Assembly (NCBI GenBank): GCA_013285465.1
Contig: CP053449.1
Span: 1,634,735-1,698,734 of the forward strand
DNA from: Pseudomonadota bacterium
Lineage (GTDB): Bacteria > Pseudomonadota > Alphaproteobacteria > Micavibrionales > CSBR16-224
Direction of reading: 5' to 3'
Length of the DNA: 64,000 nt
Notes under the pieces: generated by a model
Database searches by the model: none
What the model saw: the letters and a program-made list of their open reading frames with translations, nothing else
Told to the model about the DNA's origin: nothing
Made by a program: the position numbers and the translations under genes
Part shown: positions 55,367 to 64,000 of the stretch, in pieces
Layout of the letters: each line of letters starts with the position of its first letter
Position numbering within the stretch: the first letter of the stretch is position 1

Positions 55367-58279
55367 TTAGCCGAAGAATCCGGTATAATGGGCGATGGCT
55401 GTTGAAATGCGGCGCGTCACCAGATGCATTTGCTGCATCGGCGCAATGATGCCGGTCTGCAGATTGACGTAACCGTCTTTATCTTTGGCCCGCTTGCGGT
55501 ATTCGGAGGTCTCCCCGAAATCATAATCGCTGCTTTTCATGATTTGCGCGGGAAAGATTTTCTTTAAAACCGCAACGGCGCGATCAATATCCATATGGAA
55601 GATCATTTTCAAAAGCTGCTCACGTGAAATCGCATGATGAGGACCGTAACGCGGAATATGCGTTGCCAACAGAGAGCAATAGGCAATCATCGCAATCCGC
55701 ATGGCGTGCAGACAGGCAATTTCATCCGCACAGGGATGCGGGTCCGTTTGCAAAAAGCGCTCCAGCAATGTGTAATCCCAATACAGCTTGCGGAAAACCT
55801 CCATCATATTGTCGTGATGATCATGTTTTTCCAACTGCGTGGCAACCGCCGCCATGCGGTTGGAAATATCCGCATCCTGCCTGCTTCCGGCACGGGTAAT
55901 CCACAATGTCGGATTCAGGATATTGATATAGGCGCGCATCACATCGGGGTTGGAGCGTTCCGCCCCGCTGCGGATCAGCGATAAAATCGTGCGGAAACGC
56001 GGCGAGCGTTTCTCCGCATCGGCAAAGAAATCAGAATATTCGCGCATCGCACGGCCAATACCGGAAACCGTATTGGCCAGCACGCCCATTTGCGCCAGAA
56101 TGGCATTGGTCGGAATTGCCCTGATTTCATTGACATTGCGCTTATCGGGCAAGGCCGAACTATCCGTGCTTTCCCGTTTAATCGCCCTACTGCCGGAGGG
56201 GTCTGTCAAATTAGTGCCAAAGGCGAACAGTAAATCCGCATATTTCGGGTTCTTGGTATAATCCAGCTGGAACTGTGTTGATTCCGTGAAAAATCCGGTA
56301 ACGGCACTCCGCATCGGCTCCTGATAATAAGGGTCGTCCTCATCCTGCGCCCCGTCCTGATCACCCAGCCAATATGTCAACGCACCTGTCACCATGGCCA
56401 GTGCCGTTTCCGCCGTCATAAAATTGACGTAACCGTCACCGCCCTGATAACTGCTTTCCTGTGTATAGGGAATACCGGCCTTGGCCAAAGCACCCAGCAC
56501 ATAGGGCGGCGCGATATATTCCAGACGTTTTTGGAAGCTTTCGGGATGACCGCCGCGCCCTATGGACTCCCCATGCGTATCAAAAAACAACAGGCCGATA
56601 TTTTTAATTTTCCTGTCTTTGAACATCTGGATAAAGCGTTCTTTCATGCGCTCGATAGATGCCCCCGCGGCAGGCTGGCCGATATAACGCCCCGCATCGG
56701 AGTAACCGGTCTGAATACATAGGCGCTGCCGCTTTTTCAGATAAGAGGTAAAATCCGGGCTATCAAACAACGCGGCCATATAGCGCGTACTGTTCTGCAA
56801 AGCGCGGTCGGTTTCAAACAACGGGCAGATATCCACCATATGATCGACACCGAAATATTTGGCAAAATACAGCGCCGTTAAAATCGTGAACGCACTTTCG
56901 GTTTCCGCGATCAAAAAGCGGATCGGGCTGTCCGTATCAATATATTGCGTGATTTTCTGTATCAGCATGAATTTATATTTTGCCGTCATTTCTTCATCGG
57001 CAATATCGCCGAAATCCGCATTCACAGGCTTGGTCGCTTTAATAAGATCCAGAATTTTTTCGGTATTCTGCCGCCGTGTTGTCGGATGATCCGGATGCGT
57101 ATCAAGCCGGATTTTCTCACTGACCGCATTATGCAGCTGGGTCGCATTCAGGCGGAAATGAACTTCCGCACGGCTTAATCCGTTGCTTTGCATTTGCGTC
57201 AGCAGGACAAGGAGTCGCTTTTGCAGTGCCGTATCTTCCGTTTTGGCGATATTTTTTTCAATTGCGCGGAGAAGCGGCGCAGCAGAGATAAGACGCTTTT
57301 TCGTACTGCCGATCAGCGATTGCGCAATCTGCTGCAATTCTTCGTAATTTTCATCGTCATTGTTATTGTAAGACAGGAAGTCCTTGCGGTGCTCCTCCAT
57401 AAGAACAAGCGTCGTCTGAATATCCGCCAGCGGCTTTGCAAGCATTCCGCACTCTTCCGGATAATCCGCCAGCAGTGCGGTAAAGGCCTCCTGATATGCG
57501 GATAATTGCCGGATTTGCAGCAGGATACGTTTTTCCAAAGTCGTCGCCCATGAAATATCGCGCCGTCCGTCGATATCAAAACCGACCCATGTCGCAACGG
57601 AAAACAAACGCGGGCGCAGCTTCTGCCAATCCTGCGGATAGCATTCCTCCGCAACATCGAAAAGCCGTGACAGCATAAATTCCAGCGCTTTGTGCAAATT
57701 ATCAATGGCCGCCAGTGCCAGATCATTTTCCATTGTCAAATCGGGTGGCATAAAAGTAACAGCCGCCGCCTTGTGCAATGCTTTTTTGGTCGCGCCGTTA
57801 TCGGCTCCGGCAAGCTGCCCCGTATAGCGCGCCAGTTCCTGCGACAATGCAGGCGGCATTGAGAAAGTCGGATGCGCGGTAAAAACAAAACCGTAGAGAA
57901 AATCCTCCGTCTTTTTGCGGAAAGCTGAAAATCCGCACGGCGTTTTACCGTCTTTGCCGCGCGCCAGCGCATAGAAAATTTTATCGATCGCCGCCGTGTT
58001 TTCGGCCTGATTGCAACAGCCAAGATATTGCGCAGCGTTTTCCGCACGGTGTTCCAGCCCCTTGCGGTATAATTTTTCTACGGCATCCGACACAGCCGTG
58101 ACAGATAATGCGCCTTTCTCAAAACCGCGGACAATATCCAGCGCCAAACGCAAGACCGGACTGACAAAGGGATCGCCTTGATAATTACCGTGATGCATCC
58201 GGTAACGCTCCAGCACATGCTGCAAGAAATCGGGACTGTCTTTTAAGGTGAGGCTGTTAACGGGGGTTATTTTGGGCAA
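55367..58279 (-). CDS. ppc: Phosphoenolpyruvate carboxylase (divergent form)
   Basis: FTAHPTF (canonical TAHPTE), GYSDAGRYIG (canonical GYSDS.KD.G), HGESIGRGGHP (canonical GRGGS.GRGG.P). The C-terminus ends TGFFG. 970 aa. Confidence 0.78.
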   Translation of the reverse strand: MPKITPVNSLTLKDSPDFLQHVLERYRMHHGNYQGDPFVSPVLRLALDIVRGFEKGALSVTAVSDAVEKLYRKGLEHRAENAAQYLGCCNQAENTAAIDKIFYALARGKDGKTPCGFSAFRKKTEDFLYGFVFTAHPTFSMPPALSQELARYTGQLAGADNGATKKALHKAAAVTFMPPDLTMENDLALAAIDNLHKALEFMLSRLFDVAEECYPQDWQKLRPRLFSVATWVGFDIDGRRDISWATTLEKRILLQIRQLSAYQEAFTALLADYPEECGMLAKPLADIQTTLVLMEEHRKDFLSYNNNDDENYEELQQIAQSLIGSTKKRLISAAPLLRAIEKNIAKTEDTALQKRLLVLLTQMQSNGLSRAEVHFRLNATQLHNAVSEKIRLDTHPDHPTTRRQNTEKILDLIKATKPVNADFGDIADEEMTAKYKFMLIQKITQYIDTDSPIRFLIAETESAFTILTALYFAKYFGVDHMVDICPLFETDRALQNSTRYMAALFDSPDFTSYLKKRQRLCIQTGYSDAGRYIGQPAAGASIERMKERFIQMFKDRKIKNIGLLFFDTHGESIGRGGHPESFQKRLEYIAPPYVLGALAKAGIPYTQESSYQGGDGYVNFMTAETALAMVTGALTYWLGDQDGAQDEDDPYYQEPMRSAVTGFFTESTQFQLDYTKNPKYADLLFAFGTNLTDPSGSRAIKRESTDSSALPDKRNVNEIRAIPTNAILAQMGVLANTVSGIGRAMREYSDFFADAEKRSPRFRTILSLIRSGAERSNPDVMRAYINILNPTLWITRAGSRQDADISNRMAAVATQLEKHDHHDNMMEVFRKLYWDYTLLERFLQTDPHPCADEIACLHAMRIAMIAYCSLLATHIPRYGPHHAISREQLLKMIFHMDIDRAVAVLKKIFPAQIMKSSDYDFGETSEYRKRAKDKDGYVNLQTGIIAPMQQMHLVTRRISTAIAHYTGFFG

Positions 58280-58396
58280 ATGACTTTCTTTCTTCTTATC
58301 GGATTGTTCAATATTGACCGGAAATCAATATTGCCACAGATCTGTAAAAATAGGAAATAAAGGCTTTGCTTGCTTTTGACGGCGCGGCAGAAAAAT

Positions 58397-58957
58397 CTAG
58401 CGTTTGCGAATTTGCGGCTTATCGCCTTTCGGTCGCGAAGCCTGCGTTTTCTTTTCCTCTTCAGCCGTACCCTCCGTCATGGAAATTTTTGAGAAACGGC
58501 GTGCCAGCGCATCACCGTTTCCGAACGGATTAGCCGTATCCGCATCAAGATGCCCCGTGAGAACCAGATTCATATTGGAAAGACCGGATTCCTTATGCTG
58601 TATGAAACGCAAAGCTGCCTCATCAATCAAACGATGCACTTTGGCAATGGAGTCCTGATTGATGTCGCCATCGGTCATCTCCAAAAGCATATTCATCGCA
58701 TTATGTTTCTTTTTATCAGGATCGCCAAACATCTCACGCAGCCGTGCCGTTTCCTTTTTCGGCATCGTGGCGGCATATTCCTGAATCTCGCCCAATGTCG
58801 CAATTTGAACGGTAGAGCCGTAGATTTCCACATCTTGACCGGTAGGCAATTGCAACTTGTCGCCAAAACGGGCTGTTTCCTCATCCGTCGGCACATGAAT
58901 ATCAATGTCTTTTTTTCCGGATTTTTGGGGCTGCGGTGTTTTTGTATTATCTGTCAC
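58397..58957 (-). CDS. Hypothetical protein (186 aa, charged termini)
   Basis: Long ORF in an otherwise empty interval. No family recognised. Confidence 0.5.
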   Translation of the reverse strand: MTDNTKTPQPQKSGKKDIDIHVPTDEETARFGDKLQLPTGQDVEIYGSTVQIATLGEIQEYAATMPKKETARLREMFGDPDKKKHNAMNMLLEMTDGDINQDSIAKVHRLIDEAALRFIQHKESGLSNMNLVLTGHLDADTANPFGNGDALARRFSKISMTEGTAEEEKKTQASRPKGDKPQIRKR

Positions 58958-58972
58958 AGGCTACTCTCACTT

Positions 58973-59007
58973 ATGCGCTATTATTTTACATATAAATTAT
59001 AGCGCAT
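58973..59007. promoter_or_regulatory. Inverted repeat ATGCGCTAT-N17-ATAGCGCAT upstream of 58397..58957
   Basis: 9-bp perfect arms at 58973-58981 and 58999-59007, with an AT-rich 17-nt spacer. It lies 16 nt upstream of the start codon. Confidence 0.3.
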
Positions 59008-59124
59008 CCCGGGCTTGTTTGTCAAACGAAATACAGAATCCTCCGCAGGAACAATACGGGTGCAACAGCCGCTATAAGCGGCCGTTCAATTGCCTCTTTC
59101 TTCACAGTTTAAAGATAGAGCCGC

Positions 59125-59580
59125 TTACTTGATAAAATATCCGGAAACGCGCCAATGACCATCAGCCTCCTGCATAAAGGTCACGGTTTCTACCGCGTGC
59201 TGCTTATTTTGAAAGACAGTTTCATATAGCACAACCAGATAGTTGCCGTCAGGCGCACCCGGCAGCTCTGTCAAAAATTCAGACACTGTCAACTTACGCA
59301 TCAACGTATTCCCCAGCGGTTTTCTGACGGCACTTAAAGAATGCGTCCAATCCTCTTGCGTTACAGCCGCCTTAAAATATGCCGATGCTCCCTCCCAACT
59401 CTCGGAATATTTTTCCCGGTCTACAAGCTGAAGCCATGTATGCACAGCCTGAAGCACCGCATCCTTTGCAGAATCAACCTGTACGGCGTCTTCCGCTTTT
59501 GCAACATTTGCCGTGACAAAAATCATTACGGCAACGATAAAAATTCTCATGGGTTTGAATAAAGCGCTCATTCTGTACAA
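59125..59580 (-). CDS. DUF4019 domain protein, secreted
   Basis: Signal peptide (IFIVAVMIFVTANVAKA). WLQLVDREKYSESWEGASAYFKAAVTQEDW pattern, which I recall as DUF4019. Confidence 0.7.
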   Translation of the reverse strand: MYRMSALFKPMRIFIVAVMIFVTANVAKAEDAVQVDSAKDAVLQAVHTWLQLVDREKYSESWEGASAYFKAAVTQEDWTHSLSAVRKPLGNTLMRKLTVSEFLTELPGAPDGNYLVVLYETVFQNKQHAVETVTFMQEADGHWRVSGYFIK

Positions 59581-59636
59581 ATTCCTTTTCTTTCATGTTT
59601 AAAATAGCATCAGATTACAACAAACAGGGGTTAAAG

Positions 59637-60782
59637 TTAATCCTGCAAAAGATCCACCGTAAAAACCTCAATGTCTTTTTCTTTACCGGCAATGTCTTTT
59701 TGCCCCAGCGACTTAAAGTCATACTCATCATCTTGCCTGAACAAACGACGCGCATATCCCGATATTAACACTTTCGTACCGAGCTTCTTGTTCATTTGCT
59801 CCAGACGCGCCGCCGTATTGACAACATCTCCGTAAAGACTCAAGAACAGGCGATCCTCCCCGACCTGACTAAGGACAACCTTGCCCGTATGAATGCCGAC
59901 ACGGAACTGTGGTGTATAATCGTATTTTTTCTTATACTCTTTTTCATACTTTAAGAGCCGTTTTTCAAGCGCACTGATACTTCTAAGAGCGTTTTTCGCT
60001 TTTCCTATCGGCCAGATCACCACAAGCCCGTCTCCGGTGTAGTTGATTAAGTCGCCCCCGTAAATGCGGAAGATATAACCGGCATCGAAAATGAAGCGGG
60101 AAATAAGCTCCATACTTTTTTGCGGCGATAGTTTTTCGGCAATTTTAGTCGAGCCTACCATATCCAGAAACAAAACAACCCGCATCGTCTCGACAGGGCG
60201 CTTATATGTACCGATCAGAATATGGAAGATATGCTTGCTGCCGACCGTGTTGATGATATTTAACAGATAGCTTGTCAGCGTCGGGATAATAAACATCATA
60301 CCGATAAAGAATAAATAGTAACTCTTAGGTATCGTCTGCAGAGATAAGGGGATATCAAATGCCTGCGAGACAAAAAATATGCTGACGATGACGGAAAACA
60401 GCATAAAGGCAAGGTAATAGAGGAAATGAACTGCCGGATGCCAAAGCTTGATATTCTGTCCCATCCGGCTGCGGCTTATTTCAAAATACACAAGCCAGCA
60501 CCCCAGATAAACCAGCCAGAATGTTGCCGGAACCAGAATGTTGGACCAGGCGCTGTGATCTTCAATATTAAAAGAAGCCCATGACAGTAAAAAAGCAAAG
60601 CCGTAAACGATCAGATATTTTTGATAGAATAAAAGAGATATAACGGCCATGATCGCCGCATCAATATAAATCGGGGTCTTCATATATTCCCAAGACCACT
60701 CATGGCGATAGCCGACCAGCAAAGGCCCTGCGATCATCAAAATAATGAGCGCTATCGTGATTTTGTTATTCTCTCTCAGCAT
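59637..60782 (-). CDS. Class III adenylate/guanylate cyclase with an N-terminal 6-TM domain
   Basis: VVLFLDMVGSTKIAE, YTGDGLVVIW, VGIHTGKVV, YGDVVNTAARLEQ. Confidence 0.88.
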   Translation of the reverse strand: MLRENNKITIALIILMIAGPLLVGYRHEWSWEYMKTPIYIDAAIMAVISLLFYQKYLIVYGFAFLLSWASFNIEDHSAWSNILVPATFWLVYLGCWLVYFEISRSRMGQNIKLWHPAVHFLYYLAFMLFSVIVSIFFVSQAFDIPLSLQTIPKSYYLFFIGMMFIIPTLTSYLLNIINTVGSKHIFHILIGTYKRPVETMRVVLFLDMVGSTKIAEKLSPQKSMELISRFIFDAGYIFRIYGGDLINYTGDGLVVIWPIGKAKNALRSISALEKRLLKYEKEYKKKYDYTPQFRVGIHTGKVVLSQVGEDRLFLSLYGDVVNTAARLEQMNKKLGTKVLISGYARRLFRQDDEYDFKSLGQKDIAGKEKDIEVFTVDLLQD

Positions 60783-60825
60783 ATTTTTTCTTCTTTAAAG
60801 CGCTGTCAGACCAAACAGGAGAACG

Positions 60826-61029
60826 TCAACGTCCGGCCTTTCGGCGCAAGGCGTCCAGCCTGTCCTGACGGCGTTTCATTGCTGCCTGTCCCGCCTTGGA
60901 CGGCGCCTCTTTCGTCACAACAAATTTTTCACGCTCTGCAATAACGGCAGGGCTTGCCTCACTCACATCTCGAAAGCTCTGCAGTAATTGATCAACTTCC
61001 GACACATAGTTTTTTGATAATTTTGTCAT
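60826..61029 (-). CDS. Small hypothetical protein (67 aa, basic C-terminus)
   Basis: ORF fills the gap between two co-directional genes. No family recognised. Confidence 0.4.
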   Translation of the reverse strand: MTKLSKNYVSEVDQLLQSFRDVSEASPAVIAEREKFVVTKEAPSKAGQAAMKRRQDRLDALRRKAGR

Positions 61030-61076
61030 TGTCTAAAAATCCATCCCTTATCTCCGGCCTTGCCGGATAAACAGCC

Positions 61077-61967
61077 TTACAGTTCTGCCAATAAAAGAGC
61101 CAGCGACAAGTAAATCACCCCCTGCAAAGCGCCAATAGCAATATTCCGCTGCTCTAAAATCTCATGGAACACATTCACGCGATATAAGATAACACGTTCC
61201 GCCACAAAAGAGAGCAGTTTCAAGACAAGGATAACCCCTAAGGAAACTGCCATCCATGGCAGCAGAAACATCTTGATATCATAAACCTCATAGACAACCA
61301 GATTCGCCGCGACACTAATGGCAAAAGCCGTCCCGATTTTCCGTCCGGCGAATGACAGCGCCAATGCCACATTGCCTTTTTGCAGCTCGTCCTGAACAGA
61401 TTTATCTTTATGTGTCATGGAAAACAGTTTTAGCCTTAAGCGTGTCATACCTGTCAGCACAATCTGGGAAATAACATAGCCCGCAAACAGCGCCACCAGC
61501 GCCTCTATTGTATTGTCCGTAATCCAGATCATCAAAGCGCGCAGAATAATGGCTGCCGCAAGAACATTGCCTGTATCGCAAATAGCCACGGCAATATTGC
61601 CTTTGCTGATTTCCTCGCGCAGGGAAATATCGGGCAGCGCCAATTTATCAAAGATAATCCGGGCCCAGGCCATCAGAGCAATACCGACCACTCCGTAGAC
61701 ACCGATCGCCACAGCAGAACTCATCATATCTCCGCCCATATCGCCGTATATCGTGCCGCTCAATAAAATGGTCATTGCAAAAGTCACACCGGCGAGCGAC
61801 AGCCCGAAAGCCGGGTTATCCTTTTTCAAAAGTTCATCAGAGGCATTGATATGCGCAATCGTCCCTGAAAATAATCTCAGCGATGCAAAAAGAGCAATCA
61901 CAATGGAAAAATTCAAAAGCAGGATTTTATTATAACTATGATCCCAATAGACGAGGTCCCATCCCAT
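61077..61967 (-). CDS. Polytopic membrane protein, probably repeated DUF350 units
   Basis: About 8 TM segments in repeated pairs, with short acidic/aromatic loops. The DUF350 assignment is from memory. Confidence 0.55.
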   Translation of the reverse strand: MGWDLVYWDHSYNKILLLNFSIVIALFASLRLFSGTIAHINASDELLKKDNPAFGLSLAGVTFAMTILLSGTIYGDMGGDMMSSAVAIGVYGVVGIALMAWARIIFDKLALPDISLREEISKGNIAVAICDTGNVLAAAIILRALMIWITDNTIEALVALFAGYVISQIVLTGMTRLRLKLFSMTHKDKSVQDELQKGNVALALSFAGRKIGTAFAISVAANLVVYEVYDIKMFLLPWMAVSLGVILVLKLLSFVAERVILYRVNVFHEILEQRNIAIGALQGVIYLSLALLLAEL

Positions 61968-62174
61968 TTTTCTTCACCCTTCTCTCGTGCGATATCGTTA
62001 AACGGAAGATATTTCATCTCTGTCTATTTTCTACAGTAATACATTGCATCAGATCTGGACAAGAAAACTCTTACATCTTGTCGCCATGAGTTGCGTCTGC
62101 GCATAAAAGACCGGTTGACCGATATGACATGATTGCGGATGATAGCGGATAGCAACCATAACCCCAGAAGAATC

Positions 62175-63491
62175 ATGTTTAATCAAAAGCCAAGCACTGC
62201 ACAGGATTATATTGACTGTTATTATTCACGCAGCCTGCGCATAGAGACAGATTTTCCAAAACTGCAGGAAACGGTTCAGCCCCCTGTCTGCATCGTCGGC
62301 GGCGGCATGGCCGGCGTAGCGACCGCGCAAAGTCTGGCTGAGCGCGGCATCCATGCCGTCCTGCTGGAGGCCAACCGTATTGCCTGGGGTGCTTCGGGGC
62401 GCAATGGCGGCTTCGTTTCCGCCGGATATTCATTAAGTCCGGAGAAAATCGCAAAAGCTGTCGGCAATCAACACGCGCGCGCATTATATGATTTAACAGC
62501 GGATGCTTTTCATTTGGTTCAGAAACGTATGGGCGCAAAGAAAGAGCTTATTTGCGAGGGGGAGGAAGGCATTCTGGGTGTGTCATGGTATGATGATGAA
62601 AAATCCGTGCGTGACCACGTCACTTTTATGAATGACGTCATGGGGGAAAAATTCGAATTCTGGCCAAGAGCGAAAGTCGCGGAATATTACAACACGAATA
62701 AATACTATGATGCCTATTTCAAAACACGCGCTATGCAACTGCACGCCTTGAACTATGTTTGTCACGCGGCAAATACGGCACAGGACGCAGGTGCCCGGAT
62801 TTTCGAAAAATCTCCGGTAACAGCCTATTGTAAAAAAGGCGATCAATGGCATATTTACACTGAAAACGGCCATATTATTGCAGATCAGCTTGTCTTGTGC
62901 TGCGGCATACAAACGGGCGGCATACAGAAAAAACTGGCACGTTCCGTTTTATCGGTATCGACCTTTGTTTTACTGACGGAGCCGATGGAAGAAAAACTGC
63001 ATCAAACCATCCGTGCACCTTACGGAGTCATGGATAGCCGCTTTTCATCGAATTACTACCGCCCCTTAACAAAAGATCACCGGCTGTTGTGGGGCGGCCT
63101 CGTATCGATGTTCCATCCCTCTCAGGAAAAGCTGAAAAAAATTATGATGCAGAATCTGCTGTCAATTTATCCGCAATTTGAGGGTGTTCAGGCAGAAGTC
63201 GCATGGGGCGGCGATATGGGCTATCCAACGCATAAAATGCCGCAAATCGGACGCCTGCAGGAGGGCCTCTGGTATGCGCAAGGATTTGGCGGGCATGGTA
63301 TGACATCAACAGTCGCGGCCGGTGAAGTTATTGCCGCTGCCATAGCAGAGCAGGATGAACGATATAAATTATTTGAACCTTTCGGCCTGACATATGCCGG
63401 CAAACCCTTTGGCCCGGCAATTGCACAAACGGCCTATTGGTTATTTCAACTGCGGGATTCTTTGCAATCTCTGCGTTATAATCGTTCATGA
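62175..63491 (+). CDS. FAD-dependent oxidoreductase (DAO family), paralog of 12511..13845
   Basis: VCIVGGGMAGVATA, AWGASGRNGGF, GFGGHGM. Start taken at the ATG at 62175. The longest ORF (TTG) starts at 62133. Confidence 0.85.
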   Translation: MFNQKPSTAQDYIDCYYSRSLRIETDFPKLQETVQPPVCIVGGGMAGVATAQSLAERGIHAVLLEANRIAWGASGRNGGFVSAGYSLSPEKIAKAVGNQHARALYDLTADAFHLVQKRMGAKKELICEGEEGILGVSWYDDEKSVRDHVTFMNDVMGEKFEFWPRAKVAEYYNTNKYYDAYFKTRAMQLHALNYVCHAANTAQDAGARIFEKSPVTAYCKKGDQWHIYTENGHIIADQLVLCCGIQTGGIQKKLARSVLSVSTFVLLTEPMEEKLHQTIRAPYGVMDSRFSSNYYRPLTKDHRLLWGGLVSMFHPSQEKLKKIMMQNLLSIYPQFEGVQAEVAWGGDMGYPTHKMPQIGRLQEGLWYAQGFGGHGMTSTVAAGEVIAAAIAEQDERYKLFEPFGLTYAGKPFGPAIAQTAYWLFQLRDSLQSLRYNRS

Positions 63492-63658
63492 ATGCTTTAA
63501 CAAAGCAAACCGGCCAAGTCTATAAGGTTTTTGCCGGGAAGATTATTGCCAAGCTGGTTTTAAAATATTTGAAGTGATTTATTTTCGTCATATTCAATGC
63601 TAACATGGCAAAAGTTTTGAAAACACAAAGTGAATTCAACAAGACTGTTTTTAAAGGA

Positions 63659-64000
63659 ATGGGCGTTATGGGCATGAAAGCAGCACACTGGGATCATGAA
63701 GCGGCGCAGAAAATCCTGCAGGAAAAATCCTCCCTCCCCGGCGCTTTACTTCCCGTTCTCCATGACTTGCAGGCACGTTTCGGATATATCAATGCAGATT
63801 TCGTCCCGGAAATTGCACAGGCATTAAACCTTTCCCGCGCCGATATTCACGGTGTGATTTCTTTTTACCATGATTTCCGTGACGCTCCGCCCGCCGCAAA
63901 TGTTGTAAAAATCTGCCGTGCCGAAGCGTGTCAATCCATGGGCTGTCATGAACTGGAAGAACATGCAAAGAACAGTCATATTACGCTAGAGCCTGTCTAT
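63659..64000 (+). CDS. fdsG: NAD-dependent formate dehydrogenase gamma subunit (NuoE-like 2Fe-2S protein), 3' end cut by the window edge; not in the supplied ORF track
   Basis: The ATG at 63659 follows AAAGGAA, and the frame stays open to nt 64000. Translation is ...LPGALLPVLHDLQARFGYINADFVPEIAQALNLSRADIHGVISFYHDFR...VKICRAEACQSMGCHELEEH, matching the FdsG/NuoE signature. Confidence 0.85.
   Translation, partial: MGVMGMKAAHWDHEAAQKILQEKSSLPGALLPVLHDLQARFGYINADFVPEIAQALNLSRADIHGVISFYHDFRDAPPAANVVKICRAEACQSMGCHELEEHAKNSHITLEPVY

Noticed and set aside
59637-60782. Cyclase as part of a Pycsar- or CBASS-like antiphage system.
   Set aside because: There is no adjacent effector with a cyclic-nucleotide-binding, TIR, patatin or nuclease domain. 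The cyclase has its own 6-TM sensor-like domain, which is typical of ordinary signalling cyclases.
1-64000. tRNA, rRNA, CRISPR arrays, IS elements and integrases.
   Set aside because: Reading the intergenic regions, I saw no T-loop-like GGTTCGAAT-type sequences outside coding regions, no regularly spaced direct repeats and no transposase- or integrase-like ORFs. tRNAscan, Infernal and CRISPR tools would be needed for a formal negative.

Overview
This is a 64-kb chromosomal window, probably from an alphaproteobacterium. That placement is an inference from gene content (DUF465, Flp pilin, FdsG-type formate dehydrogenase start, ispE context), not from a search. I call about 48 protein-coding genes, one of them a frameshifted pseudogene. 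I found no rRNA, tRNA, CRISPR array, IS element or integrase. All domain calls come from reading motifs in the translated ORFs, not from HMM or BLAST searches, and start codons are best guesses.

The backbone is housekeeping: DinG-like helicase (5' partial), ispE, ftsB-like, dnaE, add, mgtE, a nemA-like/kefB-like pair, fabH-like KAS III, a divergent ppc, and fdsG (3' partial).

Two large cell-envelope modules stand out.

1. At 30.7-40.8 kb on the minus strand there is a tight operon. It encodes a TolC-like lipoprotein, two membrane-fusion (HlyD-like) proteins, and a 708-aa fusion of a PqqD/RRE-like N-domain, an intact M50 site-2-protease core and a C-terminal HlyD-like domain. No ABC, RND or MFS energiser appears anywhere in the window. 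A 1156-aa LamG/DUF2341/cadherin protein with no Sec signal and no RTX repeats follows directly. This is my best candidate for an undescribed system, either protease-coupled envelope-spanning export or signalling.

2. At 43.3-55.2 kb on the minus strand, a 2587-aa Sec-signal repeat protein is translationally coupled by an ATGA overlap to a 1383-aa protein with an OmpA-like domain and a beta-barrel. The repeat protein has ten Cys-pair modules plus SdrD-B/DUF11-like modules.

Smaller items:
- an acyltransferase-3 gene frameshifted at a T7 tract
- an orphan Flp pilin with an upstream inverted repeat
- two secreted proteins that share a Cys-rich module
- a coupled GNAT/RimK-type ligase pair
- several palindromic intergenic sites
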